Part shown: positions 9,724-19,149 of the stretch, in pieces
How positions within the stretch are numbered: the stretch's first letter is position 1
How the letters are laid out: each line of letters opens with the position of its first letter
Origin: an uncultured Gammaproteobacteria bacterium
GTDB lineage: Bacteria > Patescibacteriota > Microgenomatia > Daviesbacterales > UBA10151
NCBI GenBank assembly: GCA_964625535.1
Contig: CAZVEX010000004.1
Location: 38,166-102,165 of the forward strand
DNA length: 64,000 nt
Direction of reading: 5' to 3'
Made by a program: the position numbers and the translations under genes
The notes under the pieces: model-generated
Seen by the model: only the letters and a program-made list of their open reading frames with translations
Told to the model about the DNA's origin: nothing
The model's database searches: none

Positions 9724-10707
9724 ATGGCTGTTGAGGCAAAAGTTAAATGGGGTGCTGTTGGGTTAACTACTTTGACTTTGGCCGGAGGTGCAGTGTGGCT
9801 TCTTTACCCACCAAATGAGGGTATACCTCCAGCCCAAACTCACCCCGCAGCTCCAGTGGTTCCTACTCCATCGGAACAATCTGTTAACCAAAAACCAACT
9901 GTTCCGGCTACATATTTAACACTTCTTCGGCGAGCCTTACAAACTTTGGAACAAACAGGCAAGAAAGTCCCCGGTGAGACTGTGGTAGTGGCTGATTACA
10001 GAATGCCCATTGCCGATGTGGACGTTTTACATCTGGGAATGAATGCCCATCCCTTTGTTTCTTTAGGTTGGTATTATTTAAGACAGGAGCCAGCATTATT
10101 AGATGGCTATAGAAAAACAGTTGATGAGACAGCCTCCATTAGAAATGTCAGGCTGACTGAGGTGGAGGTAGAAACTTCTCTGGCCCCATTTATCATGGAT
10201 TGGGATAATTTTGCTTGGACTTTCAGTAAATATCTTGATAACGGTACTTGGTTTAGAAGAAGAATTCTTTATCTTCAAGCCACGGGCTATCAAGGCGAAG
10301 CTTCGGTTTTGCAGGCAAGATATGATTTTATGGGTAGTTTCCTGGGAGCTGATTTCTCCATCAAGGCTACTCCCAAAGAATTGAGAAGGTATCTGGTGAA
10401 CTCAATTGTAGAGGTGGAGGATGATGAGGAAAGCTATGACCCAAAAACCTTTGGGGTGTTATTAAGACCCAGCTCCAGGTCAGATAAAGATCCTAGCTGG
10501 CCTTATGTTAGAAATGGAGACTTGGTCAGAGTGCTGAAAGAACCTATCTTGGTGGTAGATGGAAAGAGGGAAGAAGCATATTGGGTGTATCAAGTGGAAG
10601 CAGGCTTTATTGAACAAAAATTTTGGATTCCTGATGTGCAAAGAAAAGGATACATGCCTGGGGATTATTTGGGGGCTGCCATTGCCACCCTTACTCCTTC
10701 ATCTTAA
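9724..10707 (+). CDS. Hypothetical membrane-anchored protein, possible C-terminal SH3b-like domain
   Basis: N-terminal TM helix, Pro-rich linker; LLRP..VRNGDLVRVL..YQVE..KGYMPGDYL pattern. Confidence 0.5.
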   Translation: MAVEAKVKWGAVGLTTLTLAGGAVWLLYPPNEGIPPAQTHPAAPVVPTPSEQSVNQKPTVPATYLTLLRRALQTLEQTGKKVPGETVVVADYRMPIADVDVLHLGMNAHPFVSLGWYYLRQEPALLDGYRKTVDETASIRNVRLTEVEVETSLAPFIMDWDNFAWTFSKYLDNGTWFRRRILYLQATGYQGEASVLQARYDFMGSFLGADFSIKATPKELRRYLVNSIVEVEDDEESYDPKTFGVLLRPSSRSDKDPSWPYVRNGDLVRVLKEPILVVDGKREEAYWVYQVEAGFIEQKFWIPDVQRKGYMPGDYLGAAIATLTPSS

Positions 10708-10728
10708 AACTAGATAAAACTTTAAAAC

Positions 10729-10800
10729 CTATTTATTTTTCCAAAGTTCTAACGTTTGCTGTACTCCCAGAGGAGTTGGTTTTCTATCTACACTTTCCAT
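10729..10800 (-). CDS. Putative 23-aa leaderless small ORF (MESVDRKPTPLGVQQTLELWKNK)
   Basis: TGG-TATAAT 6 nt upstream of the ATG, the same layout as annotated genes in this window. Confidence 0.3.
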   Translation of the reverse strand: MESVDRKPTPLGVQQTLELWKNK

Positions 10801-10858
10801 AGAGGGATTATACCAAAAAGGAGGTCCAACATCGTACACTGCGCATACCCTGAAAAAG

Positions 10859-10929
10859 CTGCGGGACATGGATTCGAACCATGATAGATAGCTCCAAAGG
10901 CTATCGTCCTACCATTAGACGATCCCGCA
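10859..10929 (-). tRNA. tRNA-Gln(TTG)
   Basis: Cloverleaf; acceptor TGCGGGA/TCCCGCA; anticodon loop CTTTGGA; GGTTCGAATCC. Confidence 0.95.
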
Positions 10930-10958
10930 ATATAAGTTTTTAGACAAATTAAAGTTTC

Positions 10959-11216
10959 TTAAACCAGGAAAACTTCTGTACCTACCTTAACCGCTTTTTC
11001 CACCTTCACCCCAAAAGAGTCTCCTTTTTTGACAGATTCCACGCTTTCATGGTCAACCTGCAGGCTTTCCACTTTTTGGCTAAACTCCTCCTCACCCCTT
11101 TTGAATTTAACCTCATCTCCCACTTTTAATCCACCCGATTCAAGATCAATAATAGCCACTCCCAGCTTGTCATAATAATGAACAACTTTGCCAATTGCTT
11201 TATCCAAAATTCTCAC
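10959..11216 (-). CDS. Small beta-barrel protein (translation elongation factor-like / U32 C-terminal-like)
   Basis: IGKVVHYYDKLGVA...LKVGD...QKVESLQVD...KKGDSFGVKV. Confidence 0.75.
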   Translation of the reverse strand: MRILDKAIGKVVHYYDKLGVAIIDLESGGLKVGDEVKFKRGEEEFSQKVESLQVDHESVESVKKGDSFGVKVEKAVKVGTEVFLV

Positions 11217-11308
11217 CTCCCTCCAAAGCTATTATACCTTAAAATCATACAACATGTTCTATCTTGACATCCAAGATTGATTTGTGAGTACTATAAATAT
11301 GTAAGGAG

Positions 11309-11500
11309 GTGATGACTTTGAAACTGCTCGGATGGGTTTTGGCTTTGGGTGCAATTAATTGGGGACTTTACGCATTTAATCTGGATTTAGTGGCAACGCT
11401 TTTGGGTGGATCAAGTTCTTTGCTGGCAAGAGCCGTATATCTGGTGGTGGGAGCGGCAGGAGCGTATAAGCTCTATCTGTTGGTGTCTAAAAAGAAATAA
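11309..11500 (+). CDS. DUF378 small membrane protein
   Basis: GAINWGL...DLVA...ARAVYLVVG; AGGAGG SD. Confidence 0.85.
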   Translation: MMTLKLLGWVLALGAINWGLYAFNLDLVATLLGGSSSLLARAVYLVVGAAGAYKLYLLVSKKK

Positions 11501-11548
11501 TCGGGTTAATAAGTTTTTAGTCAAAGAATAATTAAAGCTGGGAATTAT

Positions 11549-11580
11549 TAAAATCCGGTCATTTTATTGACCGGATTTTT
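11549..11580. terminator. Bidirectional intrinsic terminator
   Basis: AAAATCCGGTCA-loop-TGACCGGATTTTT between the convergent DUF378 gene and tRNAs. Confidence 0.8.
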
Positions 11581-11583
11581 GTG

Positions 11584-11658
11584 TGGAGCGGGCGATGGGA
11601 TTCGCACCCACGACCTTCTCGTTGGCAACGAGACATTCTACTGCTGAACTACGCCCGC
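11584..11658 (-). tRNA. tRNA-Gly(GCC)
   Basis: Acceptor GCGGGCG/CGCCCGC; anticodon loop TTGCCAA; encoded CCA; T-loop TGCGAAT. Confidence 0.95.
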
Positions 11659-11683
11659 GCTTCGACTACGCTTAAGTGTCAAC
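11659..11683. repeat. Degenerate intergenic copy of the CTTCGACTnCGCTCAGTGTAAAC repeat
   Basis: gCTTCGACTACGCTtaAGTGTcAAC matches the copies at 62204, 63248 and 63770. Confidence 0.6.
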
Positions 11684-11686
11684 CGG

Positions 11687-11759
11687 TGCCGCAACCCAGA
11701 ATCGGACTGAGATAATCCGCTCTTCAAGCGGACGCCTTGACCACATTGGCAATTGCGGC
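11687..11759 (-). tRNA. tRNA-Phe(GAA)
   Basis: Acceptor GCCGCAA/TTGCGGC; anticodon stem TCCGC/GCGGA with loop TTGAAGA; atypical T-loop TCCGATT. Confidence 0.85.
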
Positions 11760-11775
11760 TCGATGATATTCTATA

Positions 11776-11979
11776 TTATTTCCTGAAAAAATTGAAGAGG
11801 AGAGTGAGAATTACTGAAGCCACAATTGCAGAAGTAAAGGGGATATAAATTTTCAAGTTTGGCCTGTTAATATAAACATCTCCGGGAATCCTGGGAAGAT
11901 TGGGCATGATATTAAAAATCAGCCCCAAAAGTAAAAATACCAGTCCTAAAAAAGAAAAAAGCTTACCAATATCGGGCAT
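11776..11979 (-). CDS. DUF2905 small membrane protein
   Basis: RIPGDVYI...KIYIPFTSAIVASVILTLL. Confidence 0.85.
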   Translation of the reverse strand: MPDIGKLFSFLGLVFLLLGLIFNIMPNLPRIPGDVYINRPNLKIYIPFTSAIVASVILTLLFNFFRK

Positions 11980-12010
11980 ATATATTTTACCTCAATCAAA
12001 ATTCCTATAC

Positions 12011-12652
12011 CTATTTTATATACCTAACAGCAAAAGCGCCATCCCAACTAAGATACCTACTACAAGTCATACCCTGAGTCGCGCTGTTTTCCATCCCTAG
12101 AATGCCCATTTCGCATAAAATTGCTTCTTTGATATTTCTTCCATCCGAAGTAGAGCCGTTTTTATACTCACTACCTAACCAAACCCCACCTAGTACTAGG
12201 ACCCGTCTAATTTCAGATAAAGCAACCCTAATATCTGTCCAGCCTATAACACAATCTGTGCAGACTATATCGAAAGTATTTTCCCAGCGCCTTGGTAAAT
12301 ACTCTGCCAGTACGCCCGTAAAAACATGGACGTTTCTAGCTTTTAACTCATAATGAGAAGGTAACGGCACTAAAGAAGTCATCGTGAGATCCAATCTCTG
12401 ATCCCGATGAAATTCATCTAAAATCAATCTCATGGCTTGACCTTCTCCCCCTCCAATTTCTAATAATTTCAACGGTCCTTTTCTTATTCTTCTTGTCAAC
12501 TCCGGTCTTACAGCAGACGTTATTCTCATCCTGTTTGTTCTGTAAATTAAACCTGCAGCACCACTCATTAAATCTCTTTCACTAACAATCCTCTCTAAAA
12601 GATATTGCTTGTGTGAATCTTCACTGAACTTAACTCCCTCCAGAGGTATCAT
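12011..12652 (-). CDS. Class I SAM-dependent methyltransferase
   Basis: LLEIGGGEG motif I, FDIV, ALSEIRRVL..GG. Confidence 0.8.
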   Translation of the reverse strand: MIPLEGVKFSEDSHKQYLLERIVSERDLMSGAAGLIYRTNRMRITSAVRPELTRRIRKGPLKLLEIGGGEGQAMRLILDEFHRDQRLDLTMTSLVPLPSHYELKARNVHVFTGVLAEYLPRRWENTFDIVCTDCVIGWTDIRVALSEIRRVLVLGGVWLGSEYKNGSTSDGRNIKEAILCEMGILGMENSATQGMTCSRYLSWDGAFAVRYIK

Positions 12653-12661
12653 ATTTGAATT

Positions 12662-14431
12662 TTATTTAACTGTCACGCTTTTGGCAATGTTGCGGGGTTT
12701 ATCTACATTATGGCCCAGCTCAACTGCCATGTAATAAGCCAAAAGCTGCAGGGGAATAATATTCATGATGGCAGAGGTTTCACCGGTATCCGAAGCAGGC
12801 AGATGGACATCAAAACTCGGGTGTGATTTGGGCGCAACGCCTATTACCCAAGCCCCTCTGGCTTTTACCTGATTAACCGCATTAAGCACATCATCTTTTG
12901 CTACATCCTCTGATACAGCCACAATAACCGGCACTTCTTTTTCCATTAAAGTAATAGCATAATGTTTCAAATCTCCTGCCGGAATACCGTGAGCATGAAT
13001 ATATGATCCTTCGATAATTTTGATCATGCCCTCTTTTATAATATTAAAATTTTGATATTTTCCCAGCAGGAAAATATCTTTTGCTCTAATTAGTCTTTTG
13101 GCAAGTTTTTTTAGGGTTTCGTGATTACTTTTTGTATTTAAATATTTTTCAATCTCGCCGGAGAGCAAAGTGAGGTTTTTCCTTCCCTCATTCTCTTTTC
13201 CGTTTGTTATCTTAGACAGTAAATATCCCCAAGCAATTTGCGAGGTAAAAACTTTGGTGGACATAACGCAAATTTCCGGGCCGGCACTGCTCATAAAGCG
13301 GAAATCAGACATTCTGGTCATGGTAGAACCCGGCATATTAACTAAAGAAGCAATTTTTACTTGCCTTTTTTTGGCAATTTCCAAAACTTCCAGCACATCG
13401 GCGGTTTCACCGGATTGCGAAGGAGCAATAATCAAATCATCTTTGGTTAATAAATCATAATATTCGTATATATCGGCTCCGATCACGCTTTGGGCGCGGA
13501 TTTTGGCAAAGACCCGCAGGTAAAAAGCAATTTGAGACGCAGCCACCCCGGCAGTACCTGAACCAATGGTGTAAATATTTTTGGCTTTTTTGATAGCCTT
13601 AATAAAGTTTTCAAATTGACCTTCTTCTCTCCTCTCAATCTGATTTATTACATAAGAGCTCTCATGAATTTCTTTAAGCATAAAATGGTCATAACCCTCT
13701 TTATCGACCTTGCTTGAGTGAAAATCGATCTTTTCAAGGTGGTATGGGAGACTCTTGCCGGATTTAATATCTATCACATTAAGTTTACCGTTATAATAAA
13801 CCATCTGGCCGTTATCTATCACCACAATTCTATCTACAAACGGAGCAAAAGATAGAGTGTCTGATGAGAAAAAAACTTCATTGCCTTTTACCCCCACCAC
13901 TAAAGGAGAGCCGTTTCTGGCAGCAATAATTTGATTATCTTTACTTAAAATAATTATTGTATTCCTGCCGGAAAGTTCCTGAAAGGTCAATCTAACCGCT
14001 TCTTTTAGATCCCTAGTTTTTTTTAGTTTTTCTTCAATCAATCTCACAATTACTTCTGTGTCTGTTTCTGTCTGAAATTTAAAACCTTTTTTCGCTAGGG
14101 CGCTTTTAAGTTCCTGGTAGTTTTCCACTATGCCGTTTTGGGCTAAACAGAAACTTTTATCAGAAGAAAAATGGGGATGGGCATTTATATCTGTAACTCC
14201 TCCATGCGTGGCCCAGCGGGTGTGGCCAATACCGATGTTGGAAGCTGGAAATTGGAAGCTGGAAGTCGCAAGCATATCTCCAATTGCTCCCACTTTTTTA
14301 TTGAGCCTGATCTCATCTGCTACTACGGCAATTCCCCATGAATCATAACCCCGGTATTCCAGCCTTTTTAAACCTTCCAGAATGACCTGGGAGGCATTTT
14401 TACTTCCCACATACCCAAAAATCCCACACAT
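12662..14431 (-). CDS. glmS: Glutamine--fructose-6-phosphate aminotransferase
   Basis: MCGIFG, GHTRWATHG, SQSGETAD, C-terminal PRNIAKSVTV. Confidence 0.98.
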   Translation of the reverse strand: MCGIFGYVGSKNASQVILEGLKRLEYRGYDSWGIAVVADEIRLNKKVGAIGDMLATSSFQFPASNIGIGHTRWATHGGVTDINAHPHFSSDKSFCLAQNGIVENYQELKSALAKKGFKFQTETDTEVIVRLIEEKLKKTRDLKEAVRLTFQELSGRNTIIILSKDNQIIAARNGSPLVVGVKGNEVFFSSDTLSFAPFVDRIVVIDNGQMVYYNGKLNVIDIKSGKSLPYHLEKIDFHSSKVDKEGYDHFMLKEIHESSYVINQIERREEGQFENFIKAIKKAKNIYTIGSGTAGVAASQIAFYLRVFAKIRAQSVIGADIYEYYDLLTKDDLIIAPSQSGETADVLEVLEIAKKRQVKIASLVNMPGSTMTRMSDFRFMSSAGPEICVMSTKVFTSQIAWGYLLSKITNGKENEGRKNLTLLSGEIEKYLNTKSNHETLKKLAKRLIRAKDIFLLGKYQNFNIIKEGMIKIIEGSYIHAHGIPAGDLKHYAITLMEKEVPVIVAVSEDVAKDDVLNAVNQVKARGAWVIGVAPKSHPSFDVHLPASDTGETSAIMNIIPLQLLAYYMAVELGHNVDKPRNIAKSVTVK

Positions 14432-14472
14432 AATCCTAGGATTATATCATTTTTTCTGATAAACTATAATTT

Positions 14473-15387
14473 GTGAAAAGTTATGTTTTGGTGACAGGGT
14501 CGCTGGCATATGATGTAATCATGGATTTTCCGGGCCGCTTCGCCGATCATATTGATCCAACTAAAACTCACATCTTAAATCTTTCTTTTCTGGTTGACAG
14601 CCTAAAAAAGCAAAAAGGGGGAACTGCCGGCAACATTGCCTATAACCTGGCTCTTTTGGAGGTACCTGTAACCATTCTGGGGTCTGCCGGTCGGGATTTT
14701 AATGAATATTACGAGTTTCTGCAAAAAGCAGGGGTTGATGTTTCCAATATTAAGATTGTTAAAAATGAGCAAACCTCCCAGGCTTTTATCATTACTGACA
14801 AGGCTGATAACCAGATTACCTCTTTTTATCAGGGCAGCATGAAAAATAATTCTTCTCTAAAAATCTCCGATCTTTCCCAAAAAAGCGAATTTGCAGTCAT
14901 TTCCCCAAATGACCCCCTGGCCATGATTAATTTTGCTCTGGAGTGCAAAGAGCTTGATATTCCCTACATGTTTGATCCGGGCATGCAGCTTCCCAGATTA
15001 ACTGACCAGGATTTAATAACCGGGATCGCTGGAGCCAAAATACTGATTGGCAATGACTATGAAATAGGCATGATTAAAAAGCGTCTTAAGGTTGTCAAGA
15101 CGGAAATTTTGATTACCACTTTCGGAGAAAAAGGTTCCCTGATCCAAACCAAAGATCAAGCTGTCAAGGTCAAAGCGGCCAAGCCCGAAAGAGTGGTTGA
15201 CCCGACAGGTGCCGGAGACGCTTACAGGGCCGGTTTTTTATCAGGATATTTACAAGGTTTGGATTTAAAAGTATGCGGCCAAATGGGATCTCTGGCAGCT
15301 TGCTACAGTGTGGAAAAATATGGTACAACTACTCATAGCTTTACTCCAGAACAGTTTCAAAAAAGATACCAGGAAAATTATGGATAA
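14473..15387 (+). CDS. PfkB family kinase, probably adenosine kinase
   Basis: GSLAYD, GGTAGNIA, DPTGAGDAYRAG; overlaps the ahcY start. Confidence 0.88.
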   Translation: MKSYVLVTGSLAYDVIMDFPGRFADHIDPTKTHILNLSFLVDSLKKQKGGTAGNIAYNLALLEVPVTILGSAGRDFNEYYEFLQKAGVDVSNIKIVKNEQTSQAFIITDKADNQITSFYQGSMKNNSSLKISDLSQKSEFAVISPNDPLAMINFALECKELDIPYMFDPGMQLPRLTDQDLITGIAGAKILIGNDYEIGMIKKRLKVVKTEILITTFGEKGSLIQTKDQAVKVKAAKPERVVDPTGAGDAYRAGFLSGYLQGLDLKVCGQMGSLAACYSVEKYGTTTHSFTPEQFQKRYQENYG

Positions 15388-16606
15388 AGGTAAATTAAAA
15401 ATTAAATGGGCCGGCAGTCAAATGAAAGTGCTGGAGAAAATCAAAGAGCGTTTTGCCAAAGAAAAGCCACTTGAGGGAATCACTTTGGGAGCCTGTCTTC
15501 ATGTCACAGCCGAGACAGCCAATTTAATGCTAACTTTGCAATCAGGCGGGGCCAAACTGCTGCTTTGTGCATCCAACCCTTTGTCTACCCAGGATGCTGT
15601 TGCAGAATCGCTCAATAAAGATTTTGGCATCCCTACTTTTGCCAAAAAAGGGGAAGATCGGCAAACTTATTATCAACATCTTAATCAGGTACTTGATGGC
15701 CATCCTCAAGTGACTATGGATGACGGAGCAGACCTGATCACTCTTTTGCACACCGAGAGAAAATCGCAGCTTAAAGAAATTATCGGCTCCTCCGAAGAAA
15801 CCACCACCGGCGTGATCAGATTAAAAGCCATGAAAGAAAAAGGCGACTTAAAAATTCCGGTTATGGCAGTTAATGACAGTCAAACCAAACACCTGTTTGA
15901 CAACCGCTACGGCACAGGCCAGTCTACCATAGACGGGATAATAAGGGCCACCAATGTTCTTTTGGCCGGCAAGGTCTTTTTGGTTTGCGGTTACGGCTGG
16001 TGCGGTAGGGGGATAGCGGAACGAGCCAGGGGCATGGGAGCTCATGTCACTGTCACAGAGGTAAATCCGGTCAGAGCTCTGCAGGCAGTAATGGACGGAT
16101 TTGAAGTGGCATCTGTTTCCGAGGCTTGCCAAAAAGCAGATATCATAGTTACAGCCACAGGCAATAAAGGTGTTCTGGGCAAAGATTTATTTAAACTTTT
16201 AAAAGACGGGGTAATTATTTGCAATGCAGGGCATTTTAATGTGGAGTTTGATTATGAGACATTGGTGAAAATGGCTAAGGAAACCACTCAAGTTCGGGAG
16301 TTTCTAGAGGAACTGGTCATGCCCGATGGTAAAAAAATCTTTGTTTTGGGAGAGGGCAGGTTGATCAATCTGGTGGCGGCAGAAGGCCATCCACCTGATG
16401 TGATGGATCTCTCTTTTGCCAATCAGGCCCTGGCAGCCGAATTTTTTGTCAAAAACAAAGACAAGCTAAAAAATGACATCTACACCATACCGGAGGAGCA
16501 GGACCTGGAAATTGCCCGGCTCAAACTTGAGTCTATGGGAATCTCAATAGATCAACTGACCAAAGAACAAAAACACTACCTCTCCAGCTGGAATGAGGGA
16601 ACATAA
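15380..16606 (+). CDS. ahcY: S-adenosylhomocysteine hydrolase
   Basis: ACLHVT, SNPLSTQD, EETTTG, KHLFDNRYGTGQS, GYGWCG, GHP; ATG at 15380. Confidence 0.97.
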   Translation: MDKGKLKIKWAGSQMKVLEKIKERFAKEKPLEGITLGACLHVTAETANLMLTLQSGGAKLLLCASNPLSTQDAVAESLNKDFGIPTFAKKGEDRQTYYQHLNQVLDGHPQVTMDDGADLITLLHTERKSQLKEIIGSSEETTTGVIRLKAMKEKGDLKIPVMAVNDSQTKHLFDNRYGTGQSTIDGIIRATNVLLAGKVFLVCGYGWCGRGIAERARGMGAHVTVTEVNPVRALQAVMDGFEVASVSEACQKADIIVTATGNKGVLGKDLFKLLKDGVIICNAGHFNVEFDYETLVKMAKETTQVREFLEELVMPDGKKIFVLGEGRLINLVAAEGHPPDVMDLSFANQALAAEFFVKNKDKLKNDIYTIPEEQDLEIARLKLESMGISIDQLTKEQKHYLSSWNEGT

Positions 16607-16610
16607 AATG

Positions 16611-16683
16611 TGGAGTCATGTGGATTCGAACCACAGACCTTCTCAGTGTAAATGAGACGCTCTACCAACTGAGCTATGACTCC
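16611..16683 (-). tRNA. tRNA-Val(TAC)
   Basis: Cloverleaf; anticodon loop TTTACAC. Confidence 0.95.
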
Positions 16684-16688
16684 AAATG

Positions 16689-16772
16689 TGCCGGGGACAG
16701 GACTTGAACCTGCACGCTATTTCTAGCACTACCACCTCAAGGTAGCCTGTCTGCCAATTTCAGCACCCCGGC
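16689..16772 (-). tRNA. tRNA-Leu(GAG)
   Basis: Anticodon loop TTGAGGT; long variable arm. Confidence 0.95.
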
Positions 16773-16778
16773 ATCGGG

Positions 16779-16862
16779 TGCCCCAAGGGAGATTCGAACT
16801 CCCACGCCATTTCTGGCACTGACTTCTGAGGCCAGCCTGTCTACCAGTTCCAGCATCGGGGC
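16779..16862 (-). tRNA. tRNA-Leu(CAG)
   Basis: Anticodon loop CTCAGAA; long variable arm. Confidence 0.95.
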
Positions 16863-16931
16863 AAATTATCTCCTACATTTTACACCATTTGCCCAATCTT
16901 GTGGACTATGATAATCTTTAGGGAAATTATT

Positions 16932-17936
16932 ATGTACAAGCAGAAAATCGTCACTTTTGGCGGAGGCACCGGTCATTTTTCGCTCCTGCGCGGCCTAGTG
17001 GAGCTAAATCAACCCCAACTTATCACAGCCGTGGTGGGAACCTGGGATTCGGGTGGATCTTCCGGCAAACTTCGCACCGAACTGGGAATTTTGCCTCCCG
17101 GCGATATGCGCCAGTGTTTACTAGCCCTGATGGAAGATCCCATGCAGCGCCAGGTAGCCCAAAAACTTTTTGACGATCGCCTGGGGGATATTAGAGGCCC
17201 GCTCAAGGGACATAGCCTGGGAAACCTTATTGCCGCCCGTTTGGAGCAAACTTTCAGAGGACCTGACCGGGGAGTGGACGCGGAAAGGCTGCTTTTTCGC
17301 ATCAGAGCTAAAGTTTTGCCAGCAGCCCTTACCGATCTAAACTTAATTGCCAAACTGGAAACAGGTGAAGAAATTGAAGGAGAAACCAATATTGATCTGC
17401 GCGGTTTAGACCAAAATTACAACCCCAAGGACAAAATCATGAGAATTTATTTTGATTCCAATCCGGATCCCAACCCGGAAGTTATCAGGACCATCAAAGA
17501 AGCGGACAAGATCGTTTTCTCATCCGGAGATTTATACACCAGCCTTTTGCCTCATCTGTTAATTCAGGGCATCAAAGAAGCTATTATTTCATCCAAGGCC
17601 GCCATTATCCTGGTTCTTAATTTGATGACCAAAAAAGGGGAGACTGACTCTTTTAAGGCTTCCGGTTTCTTAAGGGCTTTTGCGACATATCTGGAAGATA
17701 AAGGTAGAATCAATTACCTGGTGGCCAACTCCAAATCCCTGCGGAGAGAAGTTTTGCGGGTTTACAAAAAAGAAGGTCAGGAGCCAGTTAAAATAGACGA
17801 TGATATTTGCCTTAAAATTTCCCCCAAATTAAAAATTATCAAGGCTCCGGTTGCTTCCTACTATATCAGGGAACACCTGCTGCGCCATGATCCGGAAAAA
17901 CTGGCCAAAGTCATTCTTGACCTTGACAAATCTTAA
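16932..17936 (+). CDS. yvcK: YvcK/GlmR (UPF0052, CofD-like) UDP-GlcNAc-binding protein
   Basis: GGGTG, DSGGSSGKLR, PPGDMR, GHSLGNL, GDLYTSL, RHDPEKLA. Confidence 0.92.
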   Translation: MYKQKIVTFGGGTGHFSLLRGLVELNQPQLITAVVGTWDSGGSSGKLRTELGILPPGDMRQCLLALMEDPMQRQVAQKLFDDRLGDIRGPLKGHSLGNLIAARLEQTFRGPDRGVDAERLLFRIRAKVLPAALTDLNLIAKLETGEEIEGETNIDLRGLDQNYNPKDKIMRIYFDSNPDPNPEVIRTIKEADKIVFSSGDLYTSLLPHLLIQGIKEAIISSKAAIILVLNLMTKKGETDSFKASGFLRAFATYLEDKGRINYLVANSKSLRREVLRVYKKEGQEPVKIDDDICLKISPKLKIIKAPVASYYIREHLLRHDPEKLAKVILDLDKS

Positions 17937-17964
17937 AATTTCAGTCTAAATATAAGGCGAGCAG

Positions 17965-18540
17965 ATGGACATAAAACCTACCCTAGTGGCAGCGTGGTTT
18001 GGCGCTGTCCTCACATCTTTAATATTTGCTCTTTTTTTTCTCATCTATTTGTCAACCGATAAAATCATCAGCAGTCAAGATCAAAATTTCAAACTTTACG
18101 CGGCCCTGCCGCCCGACAATAACAGGTTTTCTCAAAATATTGTCTATCTGGACGCCAGATCGCTCATGGTAAAAAACTTTTTTCAAGGCTACCGTTCTCC
18201 TCTTTCCGAATTAAACGGTCTTTTTGTTGAAGTGGCTGATAAATACGGACTGGACTGGCGGCTTCTTCCCGCCATTGCCATGCAGGAATCATTGGGAGGC
18301 AAAAAGGTAATCAAAAATTCTTTTAACCCCTTTGGATACGGCATCTACGGCAATCTGGTCATCAAATTCTCGTCCTGGGAGGAGGCCGTGGAAAAAGTGG
18401 GCAAAGCTCTAAAACAGGATTATTTAAATCAGGGCCTAAACACTCCGGATAAAATCATGGCCAAGTATACTCCACCATCCCTTGAAAAAGGCGGAGCCTG
18501 GGCTAAAGGAGTTAAATCCTTCATGCAGGAACTTCAGTAG
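17965..18540 (+). CDS. Membrane-anchored lysozyme-fold (glucosaminidase/SLT-like) peptidoglycan hydrolase
   Basis: ADKYGLDWRLLPAIAMQES, NPFGYG, KYTP. Confidence 0.75.
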   Translation: MDIKPTLVAAWFGAVLTSLIFALFFLIYLSTDKIISSQDQNFKLYAALPPDNNRFSQNIVYLDARSLMVKNFFQGYRSPLSELNGLFVEVADKYGLDWRLLPAIAMQESLGGKKVIKNSFNPFGYGIYGNLVIKFSSWEEAVEKVGKALKQDYLNQGLNTPDKIMAKYTPPSLEKGGAWAKGVKSFMQELQ

Positions 18541-18542
18541 AT

Positions 18543-18571
18543 TTGACTTAAAGCAAAAAATCTGCTATACT
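18543..18571 (+). promoter_or_regulatory. Sigma70-type promoter
   Basis: TTGACT-17 nt-TATACT with an extended TG. Confidence 0.7.
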
Positions 18572-18579
18572 ACCGGTTT

Positions 18580-18611
18580 CCCTGTACCAAGCGGTACGGG
18601 GTTTTTCTTTT
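18580..18611 (+). terminator. Terminator-like hairpin immediately upstream of the ATG at 18612
   Basis: CCTGTACC-AAGC-GGTACGGG followed by TTTTTCTTTT. Confidence 0.6.
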
Positions 18612-19148
18612 ATGAACAAAAAAGTATTTCTTATCTTTTCGATATTTATTTCTTTGATTTTTGCCAACTCAAAAGTGTTGGCCGGCCCTGCTGTGGAAAC
18701 TCCTTCTTTGCAGATTGAAGCAAAACGATTAGACGAACAAGCCCAAGTCCTTTCGCAGTATTTAGCTTCCTATGATTCGCCTCTTCAATACCATGCCCAG
18801 GATTTTATTGACGCGGCCAATGAGTACAATCTTGACTGGAAACTTATTCCTGCCATTGCCGGTGTGGAATCCACCTTTGGCCGGTTTATTCCGGGAGGGT
18901 ATAATGCCTGGGGCTGGGGGGTTTACGGAAGCCAGGCTATTTATTTTAAGTCATGGAGAGAGGGCATTTTTGAGGTGGCCAGGGGGTTGAGAGAAAATTA
19001 TCTGGACCAGGGGCTCAAGGATCCTTATCAAATAAACAGGGTCTATGCCCAGTCTCCTCACTGGGGCAGGAAAGTAGCTTTTTTTATGAAAGATCTGGAC
19101 AGCTTTGTCAAAATAGCGGCTGTTTCAGGACAGCCCAATTTAAGGTAA
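18612..19148 (+). CDS. Secreted lysozyme-fold peptidoglycan hydrolase, paralog of 17965..18540
   Basis: Signal peptide; ANEYNLDWKLIPAIAGVES, NAWGWG. Confidence 0.75.
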   Translation: MNKKVFLIFSIFISLIFANSKVLAGPAVETPSLQIEAKRLDEQAQVLSQYLASYDSPLQYHAQDFIDAANEYNLDWKLIPAIAGVESTFGRFIPGGYNAWGWGVYGSQAIYFKSWREGIFEVARGLRENYLDQGLKDPYQINRVYAQSPHWGRKVAFFMKDLDSFVKIAAVSGQPNLR

Positions 19149-19149
19149 A

